Positions 41,051 through 49,086 of a stretch of 64,000 bases of DNA are shown piece by piece. How positions within the stretch are numbered: the stretch's first letter is position 1; each line of letters starts with the position of its first letter. A model generated the notes under the pieces. It saw nothing but the letters and a program-made list of their open reading frames with translations. It was not told the origin of the DNA and did no database searches. A program made the position numbers and the translations under genes. Source of the DNA: Dehalococcoidia bacterium. Lineage in GTDB: Bacteria; Chloroflexota; Dehalococcoidia; Lucifugimonadales; VXLM01. The stretch lies in contig OY759598.1 in the NCBI GenBank assembly GCA_963662435.1, positions 776,507-840,506 on the forward strand. The letters are read 5' to 3'.

Positions 41051-41339
41051 TGATTAACCAAGAGGTCAATGGAGGATACGATGGACCGGACTGTGCGCTC
41101 TTGAACACAAGAAGCTTGGTGGGGCACGCTGTATTGAGGGGGCGCACTTAGACCAGTCGACTCCACCCTAGAAGAGCGGAGCCGACTGGCAAGGATGTCA
41201 ACTAGCTGAGGTTCCCTCACGCCGAAGGAAACCCACTTCTTGAGAGTAGATACGGTCCCGTTCCCTGCAAGGGAGGTTGGCGAGCAGCGAGCCGCATCCC
41301 ATCGGCCGACCCGTATGACAGGGAAGAAAAGCCTGTTCC

Positions 41340-42164
41340 CTAATCTGAGGTTGTCGACTTCACTACTACCCGAACGCCTTTGATGGTGCCCGTTACCGCG
41401 TCACGCACGGAGTCTCCGGCTGCGTCGCTCACGTCGGTTGCGGCTTCGACGGCGCCAGTTGCCACGGCCGCTGCGGCCTCCTCCACGTCGACCCCAACCG
41501 CCTCTGCCGCTTCGATGGCCCCGCGGACGGCAGCCACCGCAACCTCGGCTAGGTCCTCGCCCACCGCGGCAGCACCGCTTATGAGTTGCCTGGAAGTGTC
41601 TCGACCAGCTGTCATTACGTCGCCGCCGGTGTCGGCGACCGCTATGATGACACCTGATACCGTCGCTTGCGCGGCGGTAACCAATGACCCTCCAATTTCC
41701 TGTGTCCCTTCTATAGCTCCACGAGTGACTTGCACCACTGACTCTTCCGTCGTTACACCAATTGAGGCACCACCCTTCAAGGTGCCTTCCACCGCGTATT
41801 GAGCAGCAGTTCCCAATTCGGCTCCCACATCGCTTGACCCTCGAATGGCACCCACCACTACGTCGTGGAGCGTTGTAGTAGTGGCTATGGCGACCTGTCC
41901 CGTGCCTTCGATGACACCGATGGCGGAGTCTCTGATGACAGATCCCGCCGCGCCCCCGACCTTCCCAGTTGCCTGAAGAACGCCTACAACAGCGTCTTGT
42001 GCCAAGTGACCCGCCTCTCCTCCTACTGTACGAGTGCTCCTGAGTGCGCTAACTGTGACCTCTCTCACGGAGTCGATGCCAGCCCCTGTGACTTGGCCGG
42101 TGCCAGCCAATGTGCCAGCCAGCGAGTCTCGCACCGTCGTCCCTACTTTGCCAAGAATCGACAT
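41340..42164 (-). CDS. Stand-alone Ala/Gly/Val/Thr-rich 22-residue tandem repeat protein
   Basis: AGGAGG RBS; about 12 consecutive 22-aa units, e.g. AVRGAIEAAEAVGVDVEEAAAA. Confidence 0.85.
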   Translation of the reverse strand: MSILGKVGTTVRDSLAGTLAGTGQVTGAGIDSVREVTVSALRSTRTVGGEAGHLAQDAVVGVLQATGKVGGAAGSVIRDSAIGVIEGTGQVAIATTTTLHDVVVGAIRGSSDVGAELGTAAQYAVEGTLKGGASIGVTTEESVVQVTRGAIEGTQEIGGSLVTAAQATVSGVIIAVADTGGDVMTAGRDTSRQLISGAAAVGEDLAEVAVAAVRGAIEAAEAVGVDVEEAAAAVATGAVEAATDVSDAAGDSVRDAVTGTIKGVRVVVKSTTSD

Positions 42165-42299
42165 TACTGCCTCCTGTTCGATCCTATGATTGCCCGTATG
42201 CTATCACAAGGTTCAATTGCCGGTTTGACTGGCCCGACTTCCAGCCGCCTCGCAACAGGCAGGTCATGAGTCAATGGTTGGGGCGTCGGGATCGGCGAT

Positions 42300-42490
42300 T
42301 CAGGGCTGGCTCGGACCCTGATCCATGGCCTGTAGGGATTCGAAGAGAAGCGAACGGGCGAAGTCGATAGCATCACTCTCGAACAGGTTGCCCAGGCTTG
42401 TGAGGTCACCCATCCACAGGTGATTGTCGGGACGCAATAGACCGTGTCCGACCGTAAGAGCAATCTCCAAGCGTCGCCACGTCTGCAACT
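42300..42490 (-). pseudogene. Degenerate paralogue of the ImmA-like gene at 56843-57271
   Basis: WRRLEIALTVGHGLLRPDNHLWMGDLTSLGNLFESDAIDFAR aligns with WRRWVIAHAIGHRLLHPGNHLWIRDHTSLGSLFEREAEDFAR. Confidence 0.75.
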
Positions 42491-42679
42491 GCCCTCACCA
42501 GCCATATTCCTCATGAGGAACACTCTCCTCAATACCTCCGCCTGTAATGCCCTGCTCGATTGTCTTTCTCTCTTGACCCTGTACCGTCCAGAGACGCTTT
42601 CATTCATGTAGTCCCTTCCGGGGGATTCCGCCCGATTCCCCGTTGCTCCACACTCGTAACAGCACACAAGTTCTTATGA

Positions 42680-43297
42680 GTGAGGAGCCCAACCTTGGGA
42701 ACGCAATCGACCAACCGACGCTTCGACGGAGCCAAGCGACTGATCTTCCTTGCCGCCGTTCTACTGCTGGCGGCCCTCATCGCCAATCCGTCGAGCGGAG
42801 TTGCCCTCGCCCAGGGAACGGGGATCGACCTCGTCAACGCCGACCGGGAGTTTGTAGAGCGCAAGAAGGAGGGCGACTTCGTCGCCCGTCCGGTCTTCGA
42901 CCGCAAGATCGATACACTCTTCTACGCCGTTCGCGACGCCGACACCGGCGAGTGGATCAGCACCATGTACCGGGTCATCGGCGGCGAGAAGCATCGCAGC
43001 GATGGCTGGGAGTACTCGTGGGGGTATCCCGCTCTCGACGAGCAGCCCGACCTCGACCCCGATCGCTCCTACCTGTTGGCCATGCTGGCTAACGCCGCTG
43101 GCGAGACTACGGCATTCCACGCCGTCATACCGGTCTACGAACCGAGCCGCATCTGGGACAGGATCCTTGCCGCACTCACCCCCTCGCGTTGGGCGAGAGC
43201 CTTCGCGGGCTGGGTGATCGAGGGAGTCCACGGAACGCTCTGCGGCGTGGTCGAGCGTGCGTCCGGCCAGGATGTCGACGACTGCGAGGGAGGATAG
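42680..43297 (+). CDS. Secreted/membrane protein heading the conjugation operon
   Basis: Signal-peptide-like LIFLAAVLLLAALIA...ALA; high GC3; 2 bp from the next gene; start uncertain. Confidence 0.7.
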   Translation: MRSPTLGTQSTNRRFDGAKRLIFLAAVLLLAALIANPSSGVALAQGTGIDLVNADREFVERKKEGDFVARPVFDRKIDTLFYAVRDADTGEWISTMYRVIGGEKHRSDGWEYSWGYPALDEQPDLDPDRSYLLAMLANAAGETTAFHAVIPVYEPSRIWDRILAALTPSRWARAFAGWVIEGVHGTLCGVVERASGQDVDDCEGG

Positions 43298-43299
43298 CC

Positions 43300-44277
43300 A
43301 TGCCCGACATCCTGACGGGAACTCCTCCCGAGCTCACCTACGGCCACGAGATGGTGCGCCAGGCGTGGACGGTCGTGTGGGCCATAGCGTCCGGCGCCCT
43401 GGCCGTCATCCTGGGCTGGATGGGACTGAGCCTCATCATGTCCGAGCACCTCGGCCGCAATCAGGCCGGGTGGCGCGAGACGGTTCCCCGTCTCGTTCTC
43501 GGTCTCGTGGCTGCAGCCTCTTCATTCTGGTGGTGCGCCCTCGTCCTCGACGTGGCCGACGCCGTATCCGGTTTCGTGGCCGCTGAGATGAACGTCACGC
43601 CGGGAGACCTCCTCAGGGCTCCCCTCGACACGTTCCTCACGGCCGTGCAGGCCGGGAGCGTGGGGATGGCGCAGCTGCTGGCCCTGCTCTACCTGGTCTA
43701 CGGGTTCTTCGTCCTCTACGTGCTGGTGCAGATGGTCCTGCGCCTAGCGCTCATCGACATCCTGATAGCCCTCGCGCCGATAGCGCTGGGCCTCTGGATC
43801 CTGCCGCACACGGCTGGATGGGGCCGCCACTGGCTGCGGCTCTTCATGACGACGGTGTTCCAGCAGGCGATCCAACTCATCGCCCTCGCGTTCGGCTTCG
43901 GGTTCCTCAAGGAGTTCGCGGAGATAGCGGCATTCGAGCCGGTGCAGGACCTGGTCTGGAAGCTGCTGATGTCGCTGGCCTTCGTCTACATGGCGACGCG
44001 CGTGCCGTCGATGCTGGGCAACGCGGGGACCTTCGATGCCTGGCTGAGCACGCTCTACTTCGGGATGAACCTGCCCGGGACGATGGTCCGCGCGGCGAAG
44101 AGCGTTGGAATGATCGCGGGTGCAGCCGGAGGACCTGCGGGCGTTGCGGTGGGTGCGATGGCCGCGAGCGCGGGCCTTTCAGCCGCGGCGAGCGGAGTCA
44201 ACTCCGCAGCTTCGCTGGCGACCCCGTCCGCTGGCGGCGGTGCCGGTGGAGGAACCCCCAGGAGCAGCGGGGAATAG
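43300..44277 (+). CDS. VirB6/TrbL-like polytopic conjugation protein
   Basis: Multiple TMs; RLALIDILIALAPIALGLWILP; Gly/Ala-rich tail; GGAGG RBS. Confidence 0.75.
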   Translation: MPDILTGTPPELTYGHEMVRQAWTVVWAIASGALAVILGWMGLSLIMSEHLGRNQAGWRETVPRLVLGLVAAASSFWWCALVLDVADAVSGFVAAEMNVTPGDLLRAPLDTFLTAVQAGSVGMAQLLALLYLVYGFFVLYVLVQMVLRLALIDILIALAPIALGLWILPHTAGWGRHWLRLFMTTVFQQAIQLIALAFGFGFLKEFAEIAAFEPVQDLVWKLLMSLAFVYMATRVPSMLGNAGTFDAWLSTLYFGMNLPGTMVRAAKSVGMIAGAAGGPAGVAVGAMAASAGLSAAASGVNSAASLATPSAGGGAGGGTPRSSGE

Positions 44278-44403
44278 CGCTGAGAACTTACGAGAACGAA
44301 GTACAGCCAGCGAAGCTAAGAGGGCTAACGGCAGACACGAGAAAACAAGAAAGACCGGGCACGGAAAGCGCCCGGCAGCGGAACAGAGAAAGGAGAAGAG
44401 CGA

Positions 44404-44691
44404 ATGGCAGACCTGACGCAGACCATATCGAACCTGGTGGGCATCCTGCTGGGAGTCGTTGGCGTAGTGGGTGTGGGCTTCTTCATCTACGGGGCCTACA
44501 TGTACCTGACGGCGTCCGGAGCACCTCACCAGATGGAGCGCGGGAAGAGCGCGATGATGACGGCCCTGGCGGGCATCATCCTGGCGATGGTGGCCTACGG
44601 AGTCGTCGAGCTGGTGATGGACGCGGTTGTTGGATCGCCCGTGGACCCGAACCTTCCCGACCCGACCGGCGTCGAAAGCGATAGCGAGTAG
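44404..44691 (+). CDS. VirB2/TrbC-like pilin
   Basis: Two hydrophobic helices separated by YLTASGAPHQMERGK. Confidence 0.75.
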   Translation: MADLTQTISNLVGILLGVVGVVGVGFFIYGAYMYLTASGAPHQMERGKSAMMTALAGIILAMVAYGVVELVMDAVVGSPVDPNLPDPTGVESDSE

Positions 44692-44715
44692 GCGGACGCG
44701 AAGAAGGAGAGAACC

Positions 44716-46461
44716 ATGAGAGAACACGAGGTACCCACCCACGTGCAGGCCGAGGACAAGGTGCTGCTGTGGTTCAGCTTCCCTCAGATCGTGGCGATTA
44801 CGGCGGTGTGCGCCCTGTCCTACGGTGCATACCGCTATGCCCCCGTCGGTCCGTCGGAAGCGAGGATTGCTCTGGCCGTCCTCTTCGGCCTGACGGGGAT
44901 AGCCGCGGTCGTCGGGAAGATCGGAGGCCGTCGGCTGCCCCTGGTGGCCGCCGACCTGCTGAAGTACCGGCTGGGAGCCGGCCTCTACATAGGGACGGTC
45001 TCCCAGCTGGTGCGCGACGAGCCGCCCGCGCCCGTCCAGCCGGTGCGGAGCCGTGCGGAATCCCTGCGGCTGATGGCCCGGAGGTCGCGCCTTGCCCTCC
45101 GAAGACTGCAAAGGAAGATGCGCGGGCAGAGGGGTCGCCGAAACGGAAGGATGGTCCTTCGCCCGCGCGACCTGTTCGGCAAGCTCCGCAGCCGCAATAG
45201 TACCGGCAGCAAGCTCGGAGGCGGACGTGATGCATCCGCGAGGAATGGTAAGAAAAAGCGCCGGAGGTTCTGGCGCTCCTTCCTGGGGGCGGCGGTCGTG
45301 GCCGTGCTGGCGGCGACCGCATCGCAGTCCGCGGCCACAGTCGTCCTGGCCGACGGGCACGAGGAGATCGAGCGCTGGCGGGACGAGATCGACTTCGAAC
45401 TGACTGATCCCGTGCCCGGACGAAGGGTATTCGTCGAGAGGCTTTCGGTGACCGGCGACCGGGCCGAAGTGACCCTGGCGGCCGCCACCGACCTGGACAT
45501 TCGGGTCCGGGCCTTCGGTGGGCCGGATGGTGACTGGCTCCGGTTCTGGGGATCTGCGAGGCTCGCGGAGGGGGAGCGGATCGACTACTCCCTTCCCCTT
45601 CACGGCCCGGTACCGTCCTTCACCTTCTCATGGGAGGACGGTCTCGAACAGGCCGGGGCTCTCACGATCACCCACGAGAAGATACCGCACTCGCTCCCGG
45701 CCGCCGAGAACGAGCTGTGCAACGTCAGGCTCACCTCACTCGCGTGGAGTCCCGGCGAAGTCAGCGGCGTCATCGATTCTGAGTGCTCCGTCCTCGTCGT
45801 GGAGACGGTCGAGTTTCAGACGGTCGCCGGACATGTCGAGGTCGCCGAAATGGCCCTGATGGATGCCGAGGTTACTGAAGTGATCGGAACGGTCTCCGCA
45901 TCGTCGGGCGGGTCGCGCGTGAGCGTGCCGTTCGTCCCCGACGACTCGACCCGTTTCAGCCTGCCCGTTGGCGATGGTGAGGCCGTACACGACGTGAGCG
46001 TAGACGTGACTCTTCAGGCCACCCTCAGTATCGCGGTGCCTCCGCTAACGACACTCACTCACGTCCCGGAGAGGACCGAATACCGAACCGAGACGGTGAG
46101 CCTGCTGAGGCGGGGAACTTCCAGGACGGTGAGCGAGACGGTCACCGTTACTCACGACGACGGGTCGACGACGCAGCATGTGATCTCGGCCGTCCTGTCG
46201 ATCCCCAGCAAGACCGTCCGCAAGGACGTGACGCTCACCATCGTCCACCCGGAACGAGTCGAATCCGAGACCCTCGAGCGAGAACCCTTCGCAAAGGTCA
46301 GGGAAGAGAGACTGTCGATGTCCTCCGCAGTCGGGTCCGACGACCCTTTCGCGGTGCTCGTGCTTCCTGAGCCCGAGCCGGAGGAACCGCCCGCCGAGCA
46401 GACGCCCGCGGGCGATCTCCGCAGCTGGTTCGACCAGCTGGGATGGGATTGGCCGTGGTGA
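44716..46461 (+). CDS. PrgI-family (VirB3-like) protein fused to a large beta-rich domain
   Basis: HEVPTHVQAEDKV...SFPQI plus two TMs; then an Arg-rich linker, a hydrophobic segment and a Val/Thr/Ser-rich domain. Confidence 0.7.
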   Translation: MREHEVPTHVQAEDKVLLWFSFPQIVAITAVCALSYGAYRYAPVGPSEARIALAVLFGLTGIAAVVGKIGGRRLPLVAADLLKYRLGAGLYIGTVSQLVRDEPPAPVQPVRSRAESLRLMARRSRLALRRLQRKMRGQRGRRNGRMVLRPRDLFGKLRSRNSTGSKLGGGRDASARNGKKKRRRFWRSFLGAAVVAVLAATASQSAATVVLADGHEEIERWRDEIDFELTDPVPGRRVFVERLSVTGDRAEVTLAAATDLDIRVRAFGGPDGDWLRFWGSARLAEGERIDYSLPLHGPVPSFTFSWEDGLEQAGALTITHEKIPHSLPAAENELCNVRLTSLAWSPGEVSGVIDSECSVLVVETVEFQTVAGHVEVAEMALMDAEVTEVIGTVSASSGGSRVSVPFVPDDSTRFSLPVGDGEAVHDVSVDVTLQATLSIAVPPLTTLTHVPERTEYRTETVSLLRRGTSRTVSETVTVTHDDGSTTQHVISAVLSIPSKTVRKDVTLTIVHPERVESETLEREPFAKVREERLSMSSAVGSDDPFAVLVLPEPEPEEPPAEQTPAGDLRSWFDQLGWDWPW

Positions 46462-46769
46462 AGCGGGCAGCGACCCTGACGGCGCTCACCGTTTCGGTCC
46501 TGGTCTCGATGGGGGCCACGCCTGAAGAGGAAGCAATGCTGCACGCCTTCGACCGTGCGCTCACCGCGCTGGCCTACGCAGCGGCGGGGCTCTGCGTCTT
46601 CGCCATCGTATGGGCGGGATTCGTGCTGATGGCAGAGGGAAGCGGCGAGCGTGGAGGCGGGGCGAAGAACGCCGTGGTCCTGGCGGTGGTCGGCCTCGTC
46701 CTGGTGCTCTCCGCCAAGGGCATAGCGACGCTGCTGCGCAGTGGCATCGTTCCGTTCCCATTCCCCTAG
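46458..46769 (+). CDS. Second pilin-like protein
   Basis: IVWAGFVLMAEGSGERGGGAKNAVVLAVVGL pattern; GTGA overlap with the upstream stop. Confidence 0.65.
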   Translation: MKRAATLTALTVSVLVSMGATPEEEAMLHAFDRALTALAYAAAGLCVFAIVWAGFVLMAEGSGERGGGAKNAVVLAVVGLVLVLSAKGIATLLRSGIVPFPFP

Positions 46770-46788
46770 TTCACGGAAGGAGAACCCG

Positions 46789-49035
46789 TTGAGGAAACTG
46801 ATCGAACGAATCACGAGTCTCAGGGCGGTCGGGACACCCGAAGGGGCCGGATCGCAGACAGGTGAACAAGCAGAAGAAAAGGAAGCCGAGCGCAACCTCC
46901 CACCGGACCCTTCCCACTTCTTCATGCTGTCGCACCTGGAAGAAGAAGGCCCGGTGCGATTGGACGGGGTGAAGCTCGGCGTCTGCGAGGTGATGGGCCT
47001 CGAGATAGACGAGCCGAAGCTGGGAGCCTTCGCCGGGGCGCTCAACGCCTGCGACTTTCCCTTCCAGCTGCTCATCCGGCAACATCCCCCACGTCTCGGA
47101 GGACTCCGGACGAAGCTCGATGAGGCCCAACCGGAGAACCTTCCACCGCAGACGGAGGCGGCAGCGGAGTCGCTCGGACGTCTGCTCACCGAGCTGGAGT
47201 CCCGCGACGGCGTCCTCGATCGGCGCTTCTACGCCGTATGCGAGTTCCCGCGCATCGAGGAACTGCGTGGTCTGCTGGCAAGAGCAGGGGTGTCGGTGCA
47301 TCTCCTCAGGGGACGGCAGCTCAGGATGTTTCTCGTATCAGCAGCCCTCGGGGGCACGCCCGCCGAGTATGACGAGGAGGCCACCGTGGAGGTGGAGATC
47401 AACCGGAGGGACATGCGCATTGGCGACCGGCTCGTGCGTTCCCTCCACCTGGGCAAATGGCCTCGCTCCCTCGCCCCCGGGTTCCTGCAGGGACTCATGG
47501 CTGCGGGAGCGCCGATGGACCTGTCGATCCACCTCGGTTCGATACCGGCCGAGCAGGCCGCGCGGACGCTCGAGTGGCAGAAGGTCAGGTTCGAGTCGGC
47601 GCAGTCGCTGTCCCTGAAGCGGGGCAGGAGCCTTTCCCCCGAGGCGGAGATCGCCCTCGAGGACGTGACCAGGCTCAGGGACGATGTGCAGCGCGGACGC
47701 GAGAGGCTGTTCCACTCGTCCCTATCGGTCACGCTTCACGCGAATGACGAGGACTCCCTTAAGGAGATGACGCAAAGGGCGAAGGGCCACTTCGCGGCAA
47801 CCCTGGGCAAGCTCGACAACCTCTCCTTCAGGCAGAGGGAAGGAATGCTTTCGACGCTGCCGTTGGGACTGAACGCTGTTGCGACGTGGCGGACGCTGGA
47901 CACATCGACTCTGGCGAGGCTCTTTCCCTTCTCGCCGCCCGACCTCGACACGAGGAGCGGTACCCTCTACGGGATCGACATGCGCGCCTGCGCACCCGTG
48001 GTATACGACCCTTGGGACGGGACGCACCTCAACGCAAACACCGCGGTGCTGGCCCGCTCCGGCTCCGGAAAATCCTTCTCGACCAAATTGGGTGTGCTCA
48101 GAGGCCTGACGCGCGGCGTCACCGCCTACGTGATCGACCCTGAGGGAGAGTACGCCGACATGGCCCGCGCCGCGGGCGGGCGGGTGCTGTCTCCGGGTGT
48201 CCCCGGCCAGGGCATGAACCCCTTCGTCATCGACAAGGGCGACTCCGAGGAGCTCCTCCAGCGCATCGGCAGCCTGCGCCGCCTCATCGAGGTGATGGTG
48301 GGCGAGCGGTTGAGCGCCGAGCGCCGAGCCTCTCTCGACCACGCGCTGGCGGGCTACTATGCCAGGCCCCGCGAGCGCACTGGGTTCCGCGATTTCTACG
48401 AGTACCTGCAGCAAGAAGAGGCGGGCGACCCGGACATCGCGCGTCTTCTGAGGCCCTTCGCCACCGGGAGTCTTCGCAACCTGCTCTCCGACGAGGGCGA
48501 CGACCTGCTCGGCAACGAGGCCCTGGTCACCGTCTTCGACCTGCGTCTCCTGGAGCCTGAACTCCGTCCCGCGGCGGCGATGGTCTGCACCGAGACGGTG
48601 TGGGCGGCGGCGGCCCAGGACCCCAAGCCCCGTCTGCTGGTCGTCGACGAGGTATGGAGCATCATGCAGCACCCCGAGGGCGCGGCCTTCATGGTCTCGA
48701 TGGCGAAGCGCGCCCGCAAGCACAGGCTCGGCCTGCAGTTCATCACCCAGGACGTCCAGGATCTCTTGAGTGAGGACTCTTCAAGGGCCATCACCGGGCA
48801 CAGCGGGCGAGCCCTCCTCCAGAACGCTGCGTTCAAGCTCCTGCTCCAACAGGACGCGGCGGCCATAAGCACGGTCGGCGACGCCTTCGACCTGCCGGAG
48901 GACCTCCAGCGATGGCTGCTGTCGTGTCCTCGCGGAGACGGCCTGCTCCTGTCGAAGGGACACCGGTTCCCTGTGCGCATCGAGGCCACCCCTGAGGAGA
49001 CGGCGGTAATTGAATGGCGACCCGGCAGGCATTAG
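46789..49035 (+). CDS. virB4: VirB4-like conjugation ATPase
   Basis: ARSGSGKS, IDPEGEY, VVDEVW, KRARKH, ITQD; AAGGAG RBS before TTG 46789. Confidence 0.9.
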   Translation: MRKLIERITSLRAVGTPEGAGSQTGEQAEEKEAERNLPPDPSHFFMLSHLEEEGPVRLDGVKLGVCEVMGLEIDEPKLGAFAGALNACDFPFQLLIRQHPPRLGGLRTKLDEAQPENLPPQTEAAAESLGRLLTELESRDGVLDRRFYAVCEFPRIEELRGLLARAGVSVHLLRGRQLRMFLVSAALGGTPAEYDEEATVEVEINRRDMRIGDRLVRSLHLGKWPRSLAPGFLQGLMAAGAPMDLSIHLGSIPAEQAARTLEWQKVRFESAQSLSLKRGRSLSPEAEIALEDVTRLRDDVQRGRERLFHSSLSVTLHANDEDSLKEMTQRAKGHFAATLGKLDNLSFRQREGMLSTLPLGLNAVATWRTLDTSTLARLFPFSPPDLDTRSGTLYGIDMRACAPVVYDPWDGTHLNANTAVLARSGSGKSFSTKLGVLRGLTRGVTAYVIDPEGEYADMARAAGGRVLSPGVPGQGMNPFVIDKGDSEELLQRIGSLRRLIEVMVGERLSAERRASLDHALAGYYARPRERTGFRDFYEYLQQEEAGDPDIARLLRPFATGSLRNLLSDEGDDLLGNEALVTVFDLRLLEPELRPAAAMVCTETVWAAAAQDPKPRLLVVDEVWSIMQHPEGAAFMVSMAKRARKHRLGLQFITQDVQDLLSEDSSRAITGHSGRALLQNAAFKLLLQQDAAAISTVGDAFDLPEDLQRWLLSCPRGDGLLLSKGHRFPVRIEATPEETAVIEWRPGRH

Positions 49036-49086
49036 GCAGGATATGTAGACCCGTCTGCAAGAGGAAGAAGGAAAGGACAGAGATCT

